Below, piece after piece: positions 25,040 through 34,537 of a DNA stretch of 64,000 nucleotides (the stretch's first letter is position 1; every line of letters begins with the position of its first letter). The notes below the pieces were generated by a model, which was not told the origin of the DNA, made no database searches, and worked only from the letters and a program-made list of their open reading frames with translations. This DNA comes from Mobula hypostoma (taxonomy: Eukaryota): NCBI RefSeq assembly GCF_963921235.1, contig NC_086109.1, forward strand, positions 27,778,001 to 27,842,000, in the 5' to 3' direction. The position numbers and the translations under genes are program-made.

Positions 25040-25862
25040 TTTTATGTGCCTTCATTCATTTGTGGTTTGATGACAATAGTTACTATAATTTGTGAATCAG
25101 AGACAAGTTAATTAAGGCTGCAGATTATTTACATCATAGATAATGGAAGTCTAAAACAAAAGCAGAAAATGTTGGAAACACTTCGCTGGTAAGAGGAACA
25201 ATGTTAATGTTACAGGTTGAAGATGTTTTAACTGTGGATATTTGACTTGAATATTAAGGCTGTTTCTCTTTCCTCATTATGCAGCCCATCTTTCTGATTG
25301 TTCTCATCATTTTTCTCTTTTGCATTAATTGGAGATTTTTTGGAAAAAAAGAAATCAGAATAAGACTGATGTGATGTGAAGTTTGAATAGGGTGCAAAAT
25401 GGGGTACATATTAACTTAGTGAGATTCTGTCGATGTTGGAAATCTTGAGCAACACATCCAAAACACAAGAGGAACTCAGCAAGTTAGGCACCATCCATAG
25501 ACAGAGATAACAGTTGATGAAGGGGCTTGGTCTGAATCAGTCCTGGTGCTCCTTGACTTACTGAATTGCATCAGTTTTGGATTACTGCTAAAAATCAAGT
25601 TTCACCCTCAATGTGACTACATAAGATCTGCAAATTTCATTCACAATGGTAATGTTGAATAGGTATTCCATTCATGGTCATTCATTGCCTGAACTTACCT
25701 CAGATGTGCAGGACCCACTTAATTTTCACAAAGTGTACGATTACTACACTGGTGAGATCTGACTGTCAGAAGGTATTCCAACAGCACTCTGGAGTCCTAC
25801 CTTTGAAATGCCGCTGAATATCTTTAGCAACCAAAGTCATACTCTTGAACAAGCCAACTGTT

Positions 25863-26960
25863 ATAAGAACATAAGTGCAGGAGTAGGCCATCTGGCCTGT
25901 CAAGCCTGCTCTGCCATTCAATAAGATCATGGCTGATCTGACCATGGGCTCATCTCCACCTACCTGTCTTTTCCCCATAACCCTTAATTCCCCTACTATG
26001 CAAAAATCTATCCAACCTTGTCTTAAGTATATTTACTGAGGTAGCCTCCACTGCCTCATTGGACGAAGAATTCCACAGATTCACACTCTTTAGGAAAAGT
26101 GGTTCCTCCTCATTCTCTGTCTTAAATTGGAGGGCAGAGCTTAGTCATGATGGCACTAAACGGCGACTCCTTTGCTCACATCTTCAGAAACAGCTCTACT
26201 TCCATCTTTAATATCTCTATTTTTCCTTTTCAGGGTTCTTTAGAAGACCCTGATCTGGAGTTACACGCTGACTTTGGTTCTTTGCAGGAATGGGACCCAC
26301 TCTTGGGGTTTCACGACTGGCTGTTATTCAACATGCCAAGGATGTGGCCTAAGAGCTTAGCTCATCTTCGGGGGTCTGAGACCACGTGGTTCTGGAGACA
26401 GGTAGATCGAAGGTCGGTGTCCCGGCAGAAGACCGATGTGTTGTGGGAGTTGGAAGATCTATGGCTGTGTGCCCAGAGACCTGAGATCTTTGGGCACAGA
26501 GCACAGAAAAAGCGACGCAACAGACTTTTAACATTGTAAACCAGCGAGTTGTTTGTTATGTCTCCCCTCTTGCTGTGAAATGGACACTTCTCTTTTTCCC
26601 TTATTGGGAGAGAAAGAGCCTGTGGTATGTCAAATACCGGGTGAACAAGTAGTCTTTGTGGTACTGCAAGTCTGTGTCTTTGCTGCACGCTTGTGTGCTT
26701 GGTGGTGGGTGCCGGTGCGGGGAGGGAGATTCTTTGTTTGCTGACGCTTACGCGCAAAAGAGAGGAGCTGGGGTGGACTTTGGGGTTCCAACATTTAACT
26801 GTTATTCATTCTTTGGGGGCACTCCTCTGTTTTTGTGGATGGTTGCAAAGAAAAAGCATTTCAGGATCTATATTGTATACATTTCTGATATTAAACGTAC
26901 CTATGAAACCTTGAAACCTAAATTTACTCCTCAAAATCTTGAATACCCCTGAAGTTTCTG
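25863..26960 (-). mobile_element. CR1 3' end split by an insertion
   Basis: CR1 tail (ataagaacataag..ggagtaggccatc) at 25863-26128 resumes at 26919. Confidence 0.85.
26129..26918 (+). mobile_element. ORF-less non-autonomous retroposon (LINE-like 5' end, Rex/Babar-like 3' tail)
   Basis: 6-bp TSD TAAATT (26123-28 / 26919-24); GATGGC motif near the start; ATTAAA plus (TGAAACC)n tail. Confidence 0.65.
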
Positions 26961-27184
26961 ACACTGATGTACATTTAAAAACTGTGAAGGGAAATAAATT
27001 AATACTTAATTTTACCAAACCAGAATTTGATAAAGTAATGCATATGATTAATTGCAAACTAGAATATGCAACTGAAAAGGAACCTAGACAACAGCCCTAC
27101 AATTCCCATTGAAGTCATAGGTCCTGGGCCAAATCTAATCAGGCACCGCCCTGAGACCAGATTCCCTATTGTTATTGTTGGGAC

Positions 27185-28190
27185 TCTCAGTTTATTGTCA
27201 TTCAATCATAGACAGGTATACCACCAAATGAAACAATGTTCCTCCAGACCAAGGTGCACAACAGAGTACATGTAACTCACACACAGTACATATAACTTCC
27301 TATAAATTAATTAAATAATAAGGTGCACTTACAACCCGTTAAAAAGTAAACAATATAACACAACTGGTGCTTCATATGTGATGAGACCTGGGTGGTGATG
27401 GGGAGTTCATTAGTCTGCCAGCCCAGGCGAGGGAGCTGCTTCCCATCCCAACAATTCTTGTCTTTATCCTTTTTGGAAAACATTTTACCTTTGTTTTCTA
27501 AGTGTTTATGTTAAGTGTGCTTTTATTGCGTATCAGGTGTTTATTCAGATGTTGACCATGCCTTTACTATGCATTAAGTGTCTGTTACTGAGTGCGTGGG
27601 ATTACTATGGTATTTGGGATGTAACCATTGAATGAAACCTGTGTACTTTTAACCCCTCGAGAAAAACGAATGTAGCCAAGTAAGAGAGATAAGAGTAATT
27701 GATTTATTAGCTAGTGTGTAACTTACAGCATTTGCTAATGCTGTTAACGCAGAAGGGGGCTATAAAGAATACTATGTGAAAACGTCAAATGGGCAGTCAG
27801 TGACAGACTTACACAGCCCAGTCCACTGTCTGTCTCAGCTTTACTTTGTATATTAAAGTTTAAAATTTCTTGAAGAATCTTCGGCGCCCCCTTCTCATTT
27901 GTGAAACCACGGCATCCTGCGGTACCGCCTGCCTGATGGTAGCAGGTCTAAAAGATTGTTGGATGGACGGGAGGGATCATTGACAATGTGAAGGGCTCTG
28001 TGTATGCAGAACTCTTGATAAGTGTCTCTGATAGGTGGTAGAGAGACCTGATGATCCCGTCAGTAGCCCTTGCAATCCTTTGTAGATACTTGGTGTCAGA
28101 TGCCTTGCAATTTCCATACCAGATGGTGATGCAGTTGGTTAGGACATTCTCAATGGTGCTCCTGTAAAACATGGTTAAAATAGCTAAAGC
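27185..28190 (-). mobile_element. Rex1/Babar-type LINE 3' fragment split by a solo LTR
   Basis: ILTMFYRSTIENVLTNCITIWYGNCKASDTKYLQRI; continuation and 3' UTR at 27185-27470. Confidence 0.85.
27471..27914 (+). mobile_element. Solo LTR (Gypsy-like)
   Basis: 4-bp TSD TCCT (27467-70 / 27915-18), ends in CA, TATAAA at about 27759, ATTAAA at about 27852; the expected 5' TG is mutated; interrupts a LINE. Confidence 0.65.
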
Positions 28191-28453
28191 CTGGTATGCT
28201 TTCCATCCTTCCTGTACACTGGGCCCATTTGGATCTCCAACCATTGGCCTTCCACACCTCCTACTGCACCCACAATCCCCTTGATTTCAAGAAACAGGCC
28301 TCAATCTTGAATGCTAAACATTCACAGTGCATGAAGAAAGAGGTATAATGGCAGTTTAGTCATTCCTGAAGCCCAGCATCCCAGACACAACTGTGACAAC
28401 CCATGACCTAAAAATTTATCGTCACATTGTAAAACTGAATACTGCATATATAT

Positions 28454-28841
28454 GCAACACATATAAAAGTTGCTGGTGAACGCAGCAGGCCAGGCAGCAT
28501 CTCTAGGAAAAGGTGCAGTCGACGTTTCAGGCCGAGACCCTTCGTCAGGACTAACTGAAGGAAGAGTGAGTAAGAGATTTGGAAGTGGGAGGGAGAGGGG
28601 GAGATCCAAAATGATAGGAGAAGACAGGAGCGGGAGGGATGGAGCCAAGAGCTGGACAGGTGATTAGCAAAAGGGGTATGAGAGGATCATGGGACAGGAG
28701 GTCCGGGAAGAAAGACGGGGGGTGGGGGGACCCAGAGGATGGGCAAGGGGTATATTCAGAGGGACAGAGGGAGAAAAAGGAGAGCGAGAGAAAGAATGTG
28801 TGTATAAAAATAAGTAACAGATGGGGTATGAGGGGGAGGTG
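28454..28841 (-). mobile_element. Young Penelope non-coding terminus (pLTR-like)
   Basis: Homologous to 24080-24485; flanked by a 10-bp direct repeat GCATATATAT (28444-53 / 28842-51). Confidence 0.9.
28516..28553 (-). ncRNA. Minimal type I hammerhead ribozyme, core intact
   Basis: Minus strand UAGUC-CUGACGA-A-GGGU(CUCG)GCCU-GAAA-CG-UC^GACUG: stem I UAGUC/GACUG, stem II, palindromic ACGU minimal stem III as in PLE hammerheads. Confidence 0.85.
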
Positions 28842-29559
28842 GCATATATATCACCACTCTTCATACCTTGTTGTTACGATCCATCCAACACATTTACATC
28901 AACAATGAGTGACAGTTGTGGTCTGAATCTGTTCAACGTGCATAGAAAACCATTTTGTCGCTGGGCTCCAAACGGTTTTACCCCATGCTTTTTAAATAGC
29001 TTAATGTGAACAAAGATCAGCTGTATGATAGGTGTCGTAGCAGAATGCACACTGGCACAGTTTTAGTCATTCTGCAGAATCCCGTGTTGAAGGTGCAGTT
29101 ATATTACCAAATGCCATGGCACAAAAGCAATCAATAGCGAAAATAACGCTGAAGAAACTGCTCTCTAAATGTGCCCTTCTGTATTGTGTGAAATGTTACT
29201 CTTCTGGACCTGCACCAGAACGGCTTGACCACTAAGATTTATAACACAGCATTAAAATCGTGGTTGTACAAGCCTAGCTTTTAATTGCTTTATCACAAAT
29301 TAGAGAACAAAAATGAAACTGAAAGAAAGACTTCCTGTCAGTTTAAAAATCTATTTTTTTGTGTTTCTGTCAACCTGTGTAGTGGTAGAACCAAGAATTA
29401 TAGGGATATCCATCTCTCTGACAGCTTGGTGTAAACACTTGTATCACATTATTGTTCATATTGGGGACTCAACAGGCATAAAGTACCATTCCTTACCCAG
29501 CTCTTATACAACTCATCACCACACTTAAGATTTTTACTTCAGATTTAAATGAGTTAAAC

Positions 29560-30110
29560 TGCTGTGTGCTTTGCTTCCTGCTCTACTCACCGTATACTTC
29601 TTAGATTGTGAAGTCAAGCATTCTTACATTTGCTGACAACTCCACTGCTGAATCAAAGGTGGTTATGAAGCAGCATTTAGGAGTGAGATTGAAAATCTGG
29701 CTGAATGGTACCACAACAACTACCACTCACTCAACACCAACAAAAGCTGATTACTGATGACAGGAGAAGGAAGCTGGAGGTCTGTGAGCTGGTCCTCATC
29801 AGGGGTCAGAGTTGGAGAGGCTCAGTAACGTTAAATTCCTCAACGTTACCATGTCAGAGGACCTGTCCCGGGTCCAGCTCAGAGTCATTACAAAGAAGGC
29901 ACAGCAGCGTCTCTACTGTCTTACAAGTTTGCAAAGATTGCCACAGATGCAAGGTGGAGAGCATAGTGACTGGCTGCATCGCTGCATCACGGCCTAGTAT
30001 GGAAACATATGTTCTATGTTCAAAGCCCAAGAATGGAAAAGCCTGCAAAAAGTAGTGGATGCAGCCCAGTCCATCAAAGGTAAAGTCCTCCCCACCACTG
30101 AACATGTCTA
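29560..30110 (+). mobile_element. Rex1/Babar-type LINE fragment
   Basis: FADNST..VKFLNVTMSEDLS..KKAQQRLYCL..CKVESIVTGCIAA. Confidence 0.8.
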
Positions 30111-30177
30111 CAATCCTGTGCAAAAGTCTTAGGCAGATATATTAAGCTAGAGTGCCTGAAATGATTGCACAGTACAG
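30111..30177. mobile_element. Tiny Tc1-type MITE (67 bp)
   Basis: TA-caatcctgtgcaaaagtcttaggca..tgcctgaaatgattgcacagtacag-TA; imperfect TIRs. Confidence 0.65.
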
Positions 30178-30234
30178 TAATTGTCAATGTGGAATGGCAA
30201 GGGTGATGCACCACAGGAGGGGTGTGGGACAGGT

Positions 30235-30776
30235 GGCAAAGCTCCGATTCCAGGTCATCTACTTTGAGCCTGAGTTCCTCGATCAGCCAACACTTGCAGC
30301 AGATGTGGTCACCAGGAATCACAGTAGGGTGCATCAGTTCCCACGTCATGCAGCTACAGCACATCACCTGACGCTACATCATACCTTTATTTAATTAGAT
30401 GTAACTTAGTGACTTTTTATTCAACCACTACAAAAGCCTTAACTGCTACATACCTGTGCCTCTCGCCAAAGCCTCAAGTTCCCACGCCTACACTGGTCCC
30501 CTCACACAATGGCCATTCTGATTTGACCCTGCTTTACTTTTATTTGCTCCTGCTAATGAATCGCTAATTGATTAGTCTGCCACTAATGTGCCGATCCCCA
30601 CAAAACGCTCCTCTTTTTAAACTCTTCTCCCCAACCTGTGTGAAATTCACTCTCTCCGCGAATTGATTAGCCCACCACTAATGCGCCGATCCTTGCGAAA
30701 CGCTCCCTTCTTAAACTCTTCTCTCCGACCTGTGCGAAGGGATCTCTCTCTTTGAATTGACTGGGTCTGCCACTAA
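30235..30776 (-). mobile_element. CR1 5' end: 5' UTR with 95-bp tandem monomers plus ORF1 N-terminal zinc finger
   Basis: CCSCMTWE..PGDHICCKCWLIEELRLKVDDLESEL (C4 finger plus coiled coil typical of CR1 ORF1); CACTAAT recurs at 30581, 30676 and 30771. Confidence 0.8.
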
Positions 30777-32299
30777 TCTGGACAGATGATGGTGATGGTA
30801 GACCCTACATCCACTAATGCAAAACATCTGATGCCCTCTAGCACACAGTCTACATATAAACCTTGCTCTTCGCCCAAACAGCCCACCCGGAGAGGCAACA
30901 ACGCAGGCATTCTGCTGGAAGTCTCGGGCAGCGCCACCCGCTCGGTGTTTCCCAATGGCTGCACTGGGCTGTGGTGTGGTGCTGGTGTAGGGCAGTCCCA
31001 GGCCACGTGGCCCCCCCACTACACCAGCAATAGACGTCGCCCACGGCACGTGGCGGGGCAGGTGTGGTGCTGGTCTCATGAGCTCCTGCTCTATCCCAGT
31101 TACACAAGCCTGGGCTTGTGGCATGTGGGGTGATGCTGTAACGCCTTGGAAGGCTAAAACTTTTTCTGCCCTCTCCACTTCTGCCAGCACTGATGGTGAT
31201 GTCAGGAGAACATGAACCCTCAGGTGCTCCCGCATCAGGGCCTTTACAAAGGAGTGGAGGGCAAGCTCTTCCTGGATCACAGGAAGGAACTGGGGGTAGC
31301 TATGCCAAGCACAGTGGCGGAGATCTGCTGTGAGTGCCACCAGGATTGCTCCCATACAGCGCCATCTGCTGCCCAGTTCTTCCCTCGTTGTTTCCTTCAA
31401 TGGCCTCTGCTCAAAATGCCAGTCCAGAGCTGCTACGAGGCCCCGTAGTCACGCTGTTTAGTCGGCGTTAGATTGAAGAGGGCCTGTAGGACATCCCCCT
31501 CCAGTGACAGGGCAAAGTGCACCACTGAATCGCTGGGTCTCAGCAAGTTTGCCTTGCGTCAGGTAGGGCTCCAGGCTGCTGGTATCATTGTATCTGGGGA
31601 GGTTCAGGGTGCACCCTGTGTTAATTCTTTAGGCCAGCTGGTCTTACCCTTTGGGGGCATCACTGGTGCCTGCCACAATGCCCACCCTCCCATGGCTGCG
31701 GCGTCTTGGCTTCCTTGGTGGGGGCCATGATGAGGTGGGTGATGTGTTCCGCCGTGTCTCCGGGCTTCGGGAGCCTGGTTACACTTGCTCTGTCGGGATT
31801 CCTAGGGAAGGCACAATGCTCGGATCCCACATCCTCCCTCCAGGTCAGCGTCCTGCCTTCGAGAGCCCGGCCTGGAGATGCAGGCGAGGCATACTGCTCC
31901 CCAGGTTTTAAGGTGCTCCATCCGACGTCGCAACTCTTCAATCTCACCGTCAATTTCTAATCTCACTTCTACACCAATGTGGCAAGCGATGACGACAGAC
32001 GATAAAAGTTCACTTAACTCAACTGCTGTTTTTATTGGGATAAGCACAAATACAGACTGGGTGCTAGATCTGGGGAGAGAACCCACTCAGTCACATACAG
32101 ACAGGTGGGATGATTATTACACACCCCGGTTACAGTCAGGGTGACCCACAAACACACAAGTGAATAACTGTATAAACAGAGCTAAAATATATAAATGAAC
32201 TTGATCATCCCACCATTAGCCCACAAAAGCATTTCAAACAAGAATAAATTGCGCTGGCCACTAGGAATACCGGGGCAGGCTGTCAATATAGCGGCTATA
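30777..32299 (-). mobile_element. Gypsy LTR retrotransposon 5' half (5' LTR about 31978-32299, PBS, gag, start of protease)
   Basis: Protease GLYVDCVLEGIRCFALVDVGSTITII; gag-like QEELALHSFVKAL; GC-rich. The LTR ends ..GCCACA at 31978 and has AATAAA; its outer edge is uncertain. Confidence 0.85.
31959..31976 (-). promoter_or_regulatory. Primer-binding site complementary to the tRNA-Leu(CAA)-type 3' end
   Basis: TGGTGT-AGAAGTGAGATT, 1 nt after the LTR end; expected TGGTGTCAGAAGTGGGATT (1 deletion, 1 substitution). Confidence 0.75.
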
Positions 32300-32309
32300 T
32301 TTCATGATG

Positions 32310-32895
32310 AGTTTGAGGAGATTTAGTTAGTATGTCATCTTAAACACTCACAAATTTCTGCAGATGTACCATGGAGAACATTCTAACTGGCTGCATCACT
32401 GTCTGGGATTGGGAGATGGAAGGCGACTGAACAGGCTCGAAGTAAGCTGCAGAGAGCTGCACAATTAGTCAGCTCCATCATGGGCACTAGCCTCTGTAGT
32501 GTCCAGGACATCTTCAAGGAGTGATGCTTCGGAAAGGCGGCATCCATCACTAAGGACCCCCACCACTTAGGACATGCACTCTTCTCATTGCTTCCATCAG
32601 GAAGAAGGCACAGCAGCCTAAAGGCACACACTCAACAACTCAGGAACAGCTTCTTTCCCTCCACCACCTGACTTCTGAGTGGACAGTGAACCCATGAACA
32701 TGACTCTGCTACTTTTTTTAATTTTCCCATTTGTTAGCGCAACTTGTTTAATTTAATTATTTATATATACCTATATATATATACACACACACTTACTGTA
32801 ATTCAGTTTTTTCTCTTTTATCATGTATTGCATTGTACTTGCTGCCACAAAGTTAACAAATTTCATGACATATGCCGATGATACCTGATTCAGAT
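32310..32895 (+). mobile_element. Rex1/Babar-type LINE 3' fragment
   Basis: FCRCTMENILTGCITV..KLQRAAQ..KDPHHLGHALFSLLPSGR..NSFFPS. Confidence 0.85.
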
Positions 32896-32984
32896 TCTTT
32901 GTTCTACTGTGAATGCTGTGAGAAAATAAATCTAAGAGTAGTATAAAAGGTTTACTATTTTCTAAACAGAGAGAAAATACAAAA

Positions 32985-33680
32985 AACCAAGGTGAGCCCT
33001 TGTGCAGGATTCCCTTAAGGTTAACTTGCAGGTTGGCCTGTGGTGCGGAAGGCCAGTGCAATGTTACTATTCATCTCAAGAGGACTAGAATTAAAAGCAA
33101 GGATGTAATGCTGAGACTTTATAGGGCACTGGTGAGGCCTCACTTGGGGTATTGTGAGCAGGTTGTGTCTCTGATCTTAGAAAGGATGTGCTGAAACTGG
33201 AGGGGGTTCAAAGGAGGTACATGAAAATTATTCCAGGATTGAATGACCTGAAATATGAAGAGTGGTTGATGGCTCTGGGCCTGTAATCAAAAGAATTCAG
33301 AAGAATGACTCATTGAAACCTATCAAATGGTGAAAGGTCTTGATAGAGTGGATGTGGAGCGGATGTTTCCGATGGTGGAAGAGTGTAAGACCAGAGGACA
33401 CAGCCTAAGAATAAAGGGCAACTTTTTAGACTGGAGAAGATTAGGAATTTCTTTAGCCAGAAAGTGGTGACTCTGTGGAATTCTTTACCAGAGGCAGCTG
33501 TGGAGGCCAGGTCTTAATGTATATTTAAGACAGAGGTTGATAGATTTTTGATTAGTCAAGGCATGAAGGAATACGGGGAGAAGCAGGAGATTGGGACTGA
33601 GAGGAAAATTGGATTAGCCATGACGAAATGGCGGAGCAGATAAATTGGCCTAATATTGCTCCATATCTTATGGTCTTATA
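32985..33680 (+). mobile_element. CR1 3' fragment
   Basis: KSKDVMLRLYRALVRPHLGYCEQ; CR1 tail ending tcttatggtcttat. Confidence 0.88.
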
Positions 33681-34537
33681 TAGTGACATACACATATTTA
33701 ATAATAAATTTTGAACTATGAACTCTTACAACAAAACAGTGAAAGCATCAACTTTGTTTTAAACAAAAATGAGCCCAAGCAAACCTATATGATTATTAAA
33801 TGGACAGAGACAAGAGGTTGTGAGTACAATGCATACACAGGACTAGACTTGATGCAAGATCTTGACCCAAAACACCAGGCACCCCTCTGCCTCCACAGGT
33901 GATGCTCTGCTAGCAGTTTGTTTTTCACGGGAGGTTATATGCAATTGTTCACAATATCAGAAGTCTGCAGAAAGAATGGTTTAGAATCAATAGTGTGCCT
34001 GAGGATTGAGGGATAAAGCCAAGTACGTGGACGAAATTCACATAAGCTTAAGAATTTGATGGACGACAGGTTTACGGAGCACAGGCTGAAGACAACATCA
34101 CTGTGTACAAAAGGCCCAAGGGAACGAAAGCTGTGGACTGCTCATTAACTATTGTCTGTGGCTAAATATAGATATTTTGTACTTAATGAATTCTTGACCT
34201 ATGACCTATTTGCCACTGATTGTTGCTCAGTTTGTCTGTCCAAGAACCATTTCACTTTTAGGGCTTGAGGGATTGCTGTCACTAACGACAATGACAGCAA
34301 CAAACATTTGAACCCTAATGCATTCTCTGAAAGGTGATGAGATTAAGGCAGATAGTCTCACCTTTGAAAACATGTCTTTTTTGAAGTCATAAACCTCATG
34401 GAAGATATTCTTATTCTGCTAGTACTGTACAAGAACATTGCTACTACCCAGAACTAAATTATTTAAAACATGGTAACATTTATAAAGTAGATTCTGCAGT
34501 TCTTAAAACTATGATATCATAATTAAAATAATTCCAC

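Noticed and set aside
30565..30790. CRISPR-like array from the regularly spaced repeats
   Set aside because: These are contiguous tandem monomers without unique spacers, in eukaryotic DNA with no cas genes.
30711..31400. Longest ORF (229 aa) as a novel gene
   Set aside because: It lies between a PBS/LTR and a protease motif; it is a frameshifted Gypsy gag remnant.
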